Shown in pieces: positions 51,957-61,949 of a stretch of 64,000 bases of DNA (within the stretch, counting starts at the first letter, position 1; each line of letters starts with the position of its first letter). The DNA lies in NCBI GenBank assembly GCA_028534125.1, contig CM052832.1, positions 15,192,001 to 15,256,000 on the forward strand, in the 5' to 3' direction. Below the pieces are notes generated by a model, which was given only the letters and a program-made list of their open reading frames with translations, ran no database searches and was not told the DNA's origin. The position numbers and the translations under genes are program-made. This stretch comes from Lama glama (taxonomy: Eukaryota).

Positions 51957-53268
51957 ATAACCCAAGTGTCTATCCAGAAATCCTTCACGGTTCAGCGGGA
52001 AGGGAACTTCCTACTGGCTTTTACATTCCTGGAGGGCACATCCAACTTATCTACAAGTGTGAGCAAACGCGGCTGGCTGGGGCTCCATTCTCCAGTAGTT
52101 AAAGCTCAAATTGATCTACCTCCTCGGATATTTTCCATGATGTCAATCAGTTCCCCGGTGCTTCCCCACCCCGCAGCTGATGTGGATCTTATAAAGGAGC
52201 CAATGGTTTGGGCCTTCAAGATACAGTAAGTTTGTGTTTCACCAATGCCAACCATGTGCCAGTTCAGTGCTGGGGCTGCAGGGGCCCAGAGGTGAATGAA
52301 GTCACAAGGGAGTCTGCGTCAGGTTGGAAAATCAGATGAATATAAGGGGACAGCATCACTTGGGGACTTGGCACATATCCTTATATGCCACACAGGCAAA
52401 GTCTTGAACCACAGCTAACCTGAATCCTGGCCTGATGCCTTGTGATCCTCCCAGAACCAGAGGATGGCAGCCTGCTCTGAGGCCATTGCCCACTCCCCCG
52501 TCTCCCAGCCCCCACCCAGAGAGGCTGTCATGAGGCAGATTCTTATCACCTCTGTGTTCTAGCTGGAGGAGAGAATCTTGGGATGGAAAGAGCTCCTTTC
52601 CAGATGCTCATGATGCAAAACCTAAGGTGGGATGGATTCAAGACCTAGATGCCCAGAACATTTTGGAATTCAGAGTTAGGCTCAGAAACTTTCCTGTACT
52701 CTTGATTAATCTGTGAAAGAAAGATATTTCTCTGAGGCTCTTAATAGGGAGCCTGTTAAGTCCCCAAACTTCCCATCTTCTTCCATTCCCACTTCACTGA
52801 CAGATTCCATGGTCAGGAAACGTCTCCCAGAGATAGCTGAGGACTCTTGGCAAAAAGCCAACGAGATGGCTGGTGCTGGGTGACCTGGAGCGCTGCCTCC
52901 TCCTCTTGCCTTCAAGCCCTCTGCATCCTTTTACACCATGACACCCCACCAGGTCCTTATTTAATAACCCTGGAGTTACCAGTTGTTAGCTAATTGAAGT
53001 CCATTACTTTTCTACCTTTTCCACCCCCAGGGCCTATCTGCTGTTGCTGCTGATTTCTGCTGCATAAGAGCACGCTCCAGCCCATTTCCTGTACCACACG
53101 TTCCTTTCTGCTTCTCCCACAGACCCCCCATGCCAGCATTTCTTTAAGATGCCCACAGTTGCCCCTGAAAAGGCAGTCCTAGCAAGCTCACTTCAAGGCA
53201 ACCAAGTGGAAGGCTGGGCTATACAGACTTGGAAGTGCAACTTTAAGAGAGAAAGTTGCCAGATCCCC
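51957..53268 (+). pseudogene. TSPN (LamG-like) domain relics
   Basis: Exon 51957-52225 bounded by ttgtag| and |GTAAGT reads NPSVYPEILHG...TGF-TFLEG.SNL...KAQIDL-TSSDIF; EDSWQK near 52842; KAVLASSLQGNQVEGWAIQTWKCNFKRESCQIP (53170-53268) resembles ILGK.L.G...F.IQ...C...R..CCDIP. Confidence 0.65.
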
Positions 53269-53419
53269 ACCCCAAAGCTCCCCCACAATCTTATGACCCA
53301 CAGAGGGAGAAGGGGAGGTGGGCACAGTTGCTTGCTTTCCATTTGGGGCCCAAATCCTGCATCCCTGGGGTAAGCAGCCTCCACCCTAACATACTCCATC
53401 CAACTTGATGCCCCTGAGA

Positions 53420-54120
53420 TGCCTCGCCTACACTCAAAAGCCCGTGAGCCTTGTCTTTCCAGCATCGCTCTTCGCCTGCTTTGGGACCAGCCCCAACCGA
53501 GAACAGAGGCTCCTGGCAGCAGCAGCAGGACATAAGGCACAGAAGCTGGCGGCGCAAGAGGCAGCCCGCGACCCGCCGAGGGCACAGCCTACGTCGTCTC
53601 CCCCTGGGGCCAAGGTGGGCTGTGAACCGAGAAGCGTGGGGGCCTCTCTCCCGGCTCCCCAGCCCCTAAGAAGGTCCCCACCATTCCCACTTCCTCCTGC
53701 GCCCCATCCTGGGACCCTTCTGATAGTCAAGACCCGCTTCCACCTCAAGGAGTTCTGAGTGGCTCTGCCGCGCGGCAGGGCTGAAGAAGACGTTGGGGAC
53801 AACAGTTACCCCGAGGCCCTCGGGGGCGGGTGAGGAGGGGGCTGCCCTCAACGCCCCGCCCCTACCCACCTCCAACGGCTCCTCGCTCTGCCCCGGGCTC
53901 CCCAGGGCTTCGGGGTGGGGGTGGGGTGGAGGGAAGTCGGCGACGCCACGCCCCGCTCCCTGTCTGGCCTCGCCCCCTGTCTGGCCTGGCCCCTCGCCCA
54001 CCTCCACTGGCTCGTCCCACTTAGGGGTCACTCGCTCTGAGATTCCCCGGGAGTGGGAGTAGGCGGACATCTGCCTCTCTCGACTCCTGCGCCAGGGTGG
54101 TGGTGGTAGTGGTGGTGAGG
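53420..54120. promoter_or_regulatory. CpG-rich, GC-box-containing island
   Basis: Visibly higher CpG density than the flanks; Sp1-type cgccccgcccc at about 53852 and gggggcggg at about 53822. Confidence 0.55.
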
Positions 54121-55538
54121 ACCAGCTTAGAGGGTTTCCCGAGACATCCCTGATTTCAAATATCCTGTCCCGTTGTCAGACGAAGCTGTCCTCTCAGCTC
54201 TTTGGAGAATGGCGCGTTTCATGCACTTTCTAAAGGGCCTCAGGTGGAGCTGAATAGGAGTGAGTGAGGATCACTGTGGTAGGTTCCAGCTAGTCCACCG
54301 AATTTGTCCCTGTGGTCAGAAACGTCTTTGCAAGGAGCCTATAGACTTTGCCTTCCCAAGAGTTTGGGCTTGAGAAAAATGGATGGTGCCAAGGCCAGGG
54401 CCTCTGAGTAGGTGAGAGGTGGGAGCAGAGTCTACCCAAGACCTGCTTAACTTTTGCCTCACCTAATGTGACAGAAAGCCCTACCCAGAAGTTTGAGGCA
54501 TCTTCCAGTCTCACTTCTCCCTGAACCTTCCCGTCCCTCCCCAACCACCTTAAAGTCAAAGGATCTCCTTAGCTCCCTCAAGCAAAATGCAGACCTCAGG
54601 GTTTCTCCACCAGCACCCTTCTCACCCCAGGCAGTGGGCAGGCTGTGTTTCCCCTCCATATTCTGTTCCAGAGTCTAGGAGAGTCCCCCGTCCCTCCACT
54701 GCTGGGGGCAGCTCCCTCCCACTCCACCCTTCTTCCTTACTTAGATCCCAACTCCAGCTAAGGAGGTAAAGCAATGAGGTGCAAAGAGAGGAGGTGAAAA
54801 GTCATTTCCTTTTAGCCTAATCGGTTTTAGTAGGAACCTGGGGGGAAATGGAATTGAATGAGCTGGAAGTGGTTACAACCAATCTCTGCCGCACTTCCCA
54901 CCTCACCTCCCCCTATCATTACTTTTAAATACCTGAAGACCTTTTACAAAATGTAAAGTGAGTTGGCTAGTCCTTGAGGCAAACAAAAGGTGGCTCTGAA
55001 ATTATACCATTTGTGTTAGTGTAAATCCATTAAAATAGAAGGGTTATAACCATCACCATCCACATTTTCATTGATGACTCCAATCCATCTACTCACAGTG
55101 ACCTCCTCCCTACCCTCCCACGCAGTCCATCTACGACAATTATTACTCTCACAGAGTCATGGTAAATTGCCAGGGAATATATCCCAAAGGAAGGAAAGGA
55201 AGGGAGGGAGGGAGGGAGGAAGGAAGGAAGGAAAGGAGAGAGAAATCTGTTTTTAATTAGAGCTTAGATTTTTAAAGTAGCAAAAGTTAGAGGCACTTAC
55301 CTTTAAAATGCAGATGTGTGTTGTGATGGTCTGAAGTGGGGAGATGCTAAGAGATATAAAGAAAAGGCAGAGAAGTTTCCTCAGGGGGCCTGTGACAATT
55401 AGGTTAAGGTGGGCCATCCACATCAGAAGCCAGAGGGGCAGAGGAGGTCTCAGACTAGAAGGAAGTGCAGGTTGTCTCAGGTGGAAGTGGTGGTGACAGC
55501 AGGTGCATCTAGAAGGAGCTCCCAGCTGTGCTCTGCCA

Positions 55539-55551
55539 TGTGTGCGTGTGT

Positions 55552-55585
<34 letters not shown>
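55539..55585. repeat. (TG)n microsatellite, imperfect
   Basis: Directly visible. Confidence 0.95.
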
Positions 55586-55588
<3 letters not shown>

Positions 55589-57482
55589 CCAAGCTGCAGT
55601 GGGGAGTTAGGGTGGGGTTTGAGAAGAGAAATTCACAGCCTTACAGATTCTTTTCTCAGAAGAGCACATTTCAGATCACCTGAAGACAGGCTCTTGACTC
55701 TGTCATGTCACTTCCCAAAAGGGGATGTCTTTGGAAACCTTGGTTATTATAGAAAAGGGACTGGCACCTTGTGAGAGGCTTAACCGAGCATCGGATCACC
55801 AGGCTTGGGGAGCAGTGATGGTGATACCCTAACAGGAGGACTGCAGAGTGCAGGGAGCACCTACAGTTCACCATGATTTCCCACCAAACCCCTCTGCCAG
55901 CTTCCTTGAGGGACAAGGTCAGGAAAGCCTGTGGGGAGGGGCAGCTTTGTTTTTGGCTGGTATACCCTTGGCATTAAAAGCAGAGGGCAGAACTTCAGTG
56001 ATGCTCCCAGAAGGGAATCAGAATCTATAAACTAGGAGACCAGAACTTTTGGAATCTTTGAAGAGCCTGTATCTTGTCACTTCTGAATGTTTCTATTTTG
56101 GTCAACTCCTTTATTTCTCTGTAGTTAAACCCTTAACACTGCAAAGAAGTGGGGAGCAGGAAGATCATCCTTCTAACAGCTAGTCATGAGTGGAGCCAGA
56201 TGCCTCTCAAAGAAAACAGGCAAGACTGAACTCTGGGGGCTCGCTGTATAAAGAAGTATGTAGGCAGAAATGGGGTGTCTGTCCCTGTGGATCTCACTGG
56301 CGGCCAGCCGCATGTCACAACGGAGAAACAGATGATTTTGCATTGGGGTCTGGGCACCAGGAGGGACAAGGGAAAGACTGAGTATATCTGAGCAAGTGAG
56401 AAGCAGTCGTGATAGAGCGTGGTTTAATCTCTCTCTTCTCTGATTTGTCACATGAATTTATACACAGTCTGACTGACACCCCAGCTCCACTGTTCATCCC
56501 TTGGGAGCTGGGACTTGGCCTTATTTTCCACTCCTGGTAGCCCATAGTTTGGGGCCTGCCACTCTAAGTTAAATTTTCTTTAAAACATTTACTTTGTCTT
56601 CAATGGTATATTTGCAAGCTCATTCTTCTAGATCTCAGTTTATTCTTTTTTCCAGTTATTTTAAAGGAATATGCTCAGACCGCTGGTGGCTAAAGGAATT
56701 GATCTCACTGCCCTTGAAACTTCCTTCCAGAATTCTCAGGAAATGGAGATGGTGGGCTTATGAGCTATTTCATTTTATTTAGAATTAGCTTTGTCTAAAT
56801 AAGATGTGTATACATACTCTGAGGTGGGGGGCAGGGCTCTACATATGAAAAGTGGTATTATCATTTTCCAGAAAATTCTTGGATTATAATAGATTATTCG
56901 CTGCCCAACCCAGAAGGGCTCAGTCACAGCAGGCAGCTGGAAAGGGAGGTCCAAACTGCAGAAACAGTTTTACCAGAAGTTTACGACTGAGCCCATAGCA
57001 TGGCAACAGGAAACTCACCTCCTGAGCTGGGACTGAGCTGGGCAAGGCTTTACCAAGGCAGACGACTTCCAAAATGTAACCCCTGTCTCTCTCCCAGCCT
57101 CCACCCCACCCCAGGTACTCTGGCTGTCTAGAAGTGGCATGCCATCTGAGCAGACCCCAGACTCAACCAGCATTGGAATCCCTTGAGTCTGGTTTCTCGT
57201 TAATGATTCAGGTTGACCTTTTCCAGCCATAGCTTGCCATTAAGAACAGTACTTCCTAATTTAAGCTCAAAGTAGAGTTCTTAAGGGGTTTAAACAAAGA
57301 GGGTCCTGTACTCATAGCTTGATAAATTGTAAAATGTCTTCCCAACATCTTCCTATCTCACTCCTCCCCTCTCCTTCCTACCATTGCACCGTCTGGCACA
57401 TAAACCTTTCAAAGAAAAAATAATTTTAAAAACAAAGAAGAAAATGAAAAAGCATATTCTTGCTAAGGTCTTCTAATGTTAA

Positions 57483-57505
57483 ACACACACACACACACAC
57501 ACACA
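57483..57505. repeat. (AC)n microsatellite
   Basis: Directly visible. Confidence 0.95.
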
Positions 57506-59100
57506 ATTATACAGGGGAGATGGAATCATAAGGGCGCATACATTGACGTGTGATTTGTGGCCTACCCCTGGAGTGGCAATACGGATTCATTTGAATAGAC
57601 TTTAAACGTTGCCCTGAACATTGTTCTGGTGTTGGACAGGTGAGTGGAGTAGAGGGCTTTCTCTAGCCCTGTGGCTCACCCTGGAAACTGTACTTGTTCT
57701 TTTATTTTTGGAAGTTACTTTTTATAAACAAAATCCAGACAGCCCAGTCTCCACATTTATCAGTTTATCAACAAGGTTGAGTGCAAATTGTACCAAAATT
57801 TCCACCATCCAGGGCTCACTCTGAGCTACCTGAGACGCAGCCCAGCCAGGAAGAGCCTGTCTCCTCTTCCCTGGGCCTGATACCCCTCCTCCCTCCTCTC
57901 CTCTCGGAGCTGGACATGGAGTGAAGCACAGAGCCTGCCTGATACAGAGAAGGAAACTGAGGCACAGAGAAGGATTGCCCTCACCCAGTCCTGCCTCTCC
58001 TCTACACTTTTCCCTTTTGCCTTCACTCCCTGTACTTGCCTCTCTCTGGTGCCGTGTCCTGTATTACTCTTTTTGGAATATTTTTGAGTAGGTGGCCTGT
58101 ACTGTCTTTTTATGAGGCATGATAAAAGGCCTCTTTCCCTTCCTCCAGACCCTCCCCTCCCCGCCCACTGTGAGTTCTGCAGTGCTGGTCCCTGTCTGTG
58201 TCCTGCCACTTACCACAGACGCAGCCTCTGCTGCTTTATCTTTGACCACTTCCTCCCCATAAACTCATGGCCTGACAAAGTCACGTCATAGAAGTAGATC
58301 AGGAAAATGGTCATCGACAATTGACTCTAAGAATTATATTGAACTGATCTGAAACTGATCTGATACTGATCTGAATAATGACAGGGGAGATGACTTTGCC
58401 GCTGTTTTGCTTTCCCTTTAATCAGGATACAAAAAAAACTCAGTAAAGACATTATATCAAAGGCTCAAGAATATCATTCAGATCTTCCCTAATCCATTGC
58501 CTTCATTTGAAAAGCCAGCATTTCATTAAAAACAGTACTGTTGTGCATGACACTTGACAGTACATTAATTTGTTGTGTGAATCTGTCACTTTGCATACGA
58601 ATGCTTGGCTGTTCCGTGTGTACGCAGTACCCTCTCCCTAGTTACAGCTTGGCAGCACTGGAAGGAACCCAGGAAGCCATCTGCTTTGTCCCCTTAACTT
58701 ACAAATGGGGAATCTGACACCCAGCGAGAGAAAGGGACTTGCCTAGAGCCACTAACCAGTAGTAGAATGGGGATTAACTCTACAAAGTCAAATGCAAAGT
58801 CGGAATCCTCCCCCACCTCACCCCACTCCCACCCCAGCTTCTCACAATGGTCGAACCACACGATGTTGACAATGGAAAGAATGGTGGAGGTCTTCCTAAC
58901 ACTCCTCAACACACACGGAGGTTGGACCGTCCACAGGGAGAGGAACGAATACACTGAAGGGTTTGTCATCTCCTGACAGTTGCCTGGATGAGAGGCCCAG
59001 GTCCCAGGAGGAGAGCCTCTCTTTTCCAGAAGCAGGCTTGACAAGCCCAAGCAAACTTGTGGAATCTGAGCGTGACTTCCCTCCAGCTCATCGAAGCTCA

Positions 59101-59271
59101 TGGAAGTTGCTAAACGTGGAGGGAGGTGACAGGAAGCAGAGTGCTGGACATCCTCACATTCCAGTGATTCTTTCTTGAGGTGACTTGGAGACTGCCCAAG
59201 GGACCATCCCTGTGCAGCTTGGCAGAGGTGAGGAGGGCAGGAGGGCAAAGACCAGAGATGAGAATTCAGGG
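59101..59271 (+). repeat. 171-bp direct repeat, copy 1
   Basis: Matches 60373-60543 with 4 mismatches by eye. Confidence 0.95.
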
Positions 59272-60229
59272 CAGGCAGTAGGCATCCCAACTCGAGTGTC
59301 ACCCCTCAGCAACCAGCTCTGATGCTTCTCTAGCCAACTAACAAGTGGTCACAGAAGCCCCCAGTTGCTGGGTCAGTTGCCAGGAATTTGAGGTATTGAC
59401 AGAGAAACATAAAGACCAGAAAACCTTTTCTAACATAGTTGGCCCAAAGCAGAGAATAAATTGCCAGGAATGGCCTGGAAGAGGCTCTAGAACAAGAATA
59501 AAACAGGATAATTTACTACAGGCAGTGAAAAATCAGGGGAAGCTGAGCAGCCAGTGAAGGTTCATTTCTCTCTGCTCCATAGTGTTTTAACCATGCTGAG
59601 AATTTCCTGCCCACCCTGGCAACCTCCAAATCACCCAACCATTGATACAAGGGCATCTGCCCTTGCAGCCCCCAGGGACCCCAAATTCTTACAATAAAAT
59701 TGGATCCTTGTATCACCTGACAGATCATGAACGACAAGGCACTTTCCCACTGGTATCTCATTTGATCCTCCCAGAAACTCTGTGAGGGGCCTTCTAATGG
59801 AGATATTAAGGGACTGGCTCAAGATCACATAGCTAGTCAGTGGCAAATCCAAGGTCTGGCCCCAGGACTACCTATTTCAAGATCGAAGTCTTTCTCAAAC
59901 CCACCCCATTACCCTTGCCAGGAACAGACAACTTGAAATTCAAGGTATAAGTGAAGACTCTTCTCCACTTCCAACTTTCTCCCCACCCCAAAAGCCCCAG
60001 AGGCCAGAGCCCAGGGCCAGGCCCAGAGGACACCCACTTTGGCCCATTGAGCCTTGAGATGGAGTGGGGCAGTCCCAGGGGAAGGCTGGGGAACCTCCCC
60101 GATGTCAGAGCCTATGGGCAGTGATGAGCGAGGCTGCCTCTGCCTTGCCCACACTCCCTTGATTTGGGTCACCTACAAGTCACTGAGTATGTGGAGTTTG
60201 TGGGCTGTGCTCTCCTCAAGGGCTAGCCA

Positions 60230-60876
60230 GTTACCCCCAGGGGCTCAGGCAGCCCTCTCCCCACTTACTGCTATTTGTGAATTGTTCTAAGTGTCCTGAT
60301 GAGTAGGGTACACCTCTTTCCCCATGCAGCAACCAGTGATGGTGTCCCTGTCACACCCTTCCAAGGTGGGTTTGGAAGGTGCTAAATGTGGAGGGAGGTG
60401 ACAGGAAGCAGAGTGCTGGACATCCTCACATTCCAGTGATTCTTTCTTGAGGTGACTTGGAGACTGCCCAAGGGACCATCCCTGTGCAGCTTGGCAGAGG
60501 TGAGGAGGGCAGGAGGGCAAAGACCAGAGCTGAGAACTCAGGGTCTGGAGTCTAGCGCTGGTTCTACTGCGAATCCATCCTGTGACATCACTTCAGAGGA
60601 GGCCCCTGTCAGAGACCCCGTTGACTCTCCTTGCCCATCTCCAAGTACCCTGGAAAGCTCCAATGAGGTAATGGATGTGATGGGCCTTTGTGAATCTCCA
60701 AGCCCTTGAGTTGTGAGGTGCTAATAACTATCACTGGCTGAGCAAAGCGGTTACCAACAGGCAGGTCCCAGCCACCATCAGTCCTGAGGCCATTTGTGGT
60801 CAGTCCCCAGGCCTGTTGCTGTCGCTGTATCCCTGCCACATTGTGTACTTTCCCCCAAGGCAAGCCTGAAACTTAG
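60230..60876 (+). pseudogene. NC2, COL1 and NC1 relics (C-terminus of the collagen pseudogene)
   Basis: PPGAQ...AICELF (60273); 60599-60640 (E)AP (V)RD PV (D)SP (C)PS; YPGK; GCD GPL *IS; terminal RCIPATLCTFPQGKPET* (60823-60876). Confidence 0.55.
60373..60543 (+). repeat. 171-bp direct repeat, copy 2
   Basis: Matches 59101-59271. Confidence 0.95.
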
Positions 60877-61949
60877 GGAAAGTAAATACAACTCCACATC
60901 AGGCCAAGATGGAGAATCTGAGAGTCTCTGATCTAGAATATCCTCCCAAGATCCACCCCCAACAAGCATCCTATTATTACTCATCTTTTTCCCCGTGATC
61001 CCACAGAGGAGGGAGGAGGCCATAGGCTCAAAGCCCTGCTCTCCACCCTACTAATCTACCTTAAGCTCAATTGTCTTGATCCCCACTCATTCTCAAGAAT
61101 GGGTGTCTGCAAGGAGGCCCAGCATCCTCAGCGAGGGGCTGTCAGCTCTGATTGAGGCTGCTCAGCCCAACAGCTCCAGAGGCTGGTCCCAGAGTTCCTG
61201 AAGACCCTCTGGGAACCAGGCTTAGCAGCAGCTGCCCTAAGTGCACTTGTGGCACAGAGGCACGGTGTGCTCAGCTTGGGGAGTTCCCAGTCCCATTGTC
61301 TGTCCTCATGGAGCTTACAGTCTGGTAAGGGGCACTGTTTTGGAGTTTTAAATCAAGTTTGGAGGCAAACTTCAGTCCAGCTGGATCTCAGTCACGGCAG
61401 GTTCCTAATTAGTGGGTCCTGAATTAGCACGGCTTTCTCACTGCATCGACATTGCAGGTGAGCTGCTTGCTGGATGGAGCTCAGCTGTTTCCCAGACAGG
61501 GCTGGCTGGCTCTTTTCTTCCCAGAGCCCACTTAGCCCCCTGCCCCCGTTCCCCTCAACCTCCTTCTGTTTATGTTCGGCTTGACATTTCTATTGATGTA
61601 TTGATCCCAGCGAGCCGAGAAGCGTTTCTGCTGAACATGTTCACTTCTCAGTCTGGGGGCCTTGAGGGGCAGGCTCTGTCTGGTGGGGGAGCCTGGGACA
61701 GCGACCTCATGTCTGGGGCGAGGGTGGGGAGGGGACTCGAATTGGGTTGGAGATTTTGGTAGGAAGCAGAGGAATGACTATTTGGAGGGACAAAGGTGGG
61801 CAAAGCAGCTTCCTTTGATCATCGGAATATGGCTGCCCTTAGGGGAAAGGGGACTCGGTGTGGCACTAAGACCCAGATGAACCTGGTGTCTTCCTACCCC
61901 ACCCTGGAACTGAGCCAACAGGCATCAATCTCCTCATCTGCATAGGGAA

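Larger units (their letters stand above)
53463..60140 (+). pseudogene. Triple-helical (Gly-X-Y) exon relics, COL2-like
   Basis: 53463-53614 ALGPA..GARGSP..PGAK|gt; 53779-53829 51-nt exon between cag| and |gtgag with Gly at codons 1, 7, 13, 16; 54025 GSL(A)LR-FPG; 55716 PKGD..G..G..KG; 56263-56307 GRN GVS (V)PV (D)LT GGQ; 58870-59080 GKNG-GLP..ER(D)FP; 60041 GPL (S)LE..GSP..GRL GNL. Confidence 0.65.
28578..60876 (+). pseudogene. Highly decayed intron-containing FACIT collagen pseudogene (collagen XII/XIV/XX family; 4 VWA, FN3 array, TSPN, COL2, NC2, COL1)
   Basis: Colinear same-strand relics: VWA at about 28.6, 31.4, 43.3 and 50.6 kb; FN3 motifs between them; TSPN at 52.0-53.3 kb; Gly-X-Y exons at 53.5-60.8 kb; terminal Cys pair and stop. 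Many stops and frameshifts. The 5' end was not found. Confidence 0.7.

Noticed and set aside
51957..52090. Sushi/CCP-domain reading (C.YPEILHG...YKCE)
   Set aside because: The second half of a CCP domain is missing, and the VWA-TSPN context fits the whole exon better
58694..59302. 202-aa minus-strand ORF sharing a peptide with ORF 60287-60520
   Set aside because: The shared peptide comes from the 171-bp DNA duplication; the ORF also runs into a MIR and is antisense to collagen relics
28578..60876. A functional collagen gene or a processed retrocopy
   Set aside because: Stops, frameshifts and lost Gly/MIDAS residues rule out function; a 32-kb spread with GT-AG introns rules out a retrocopy
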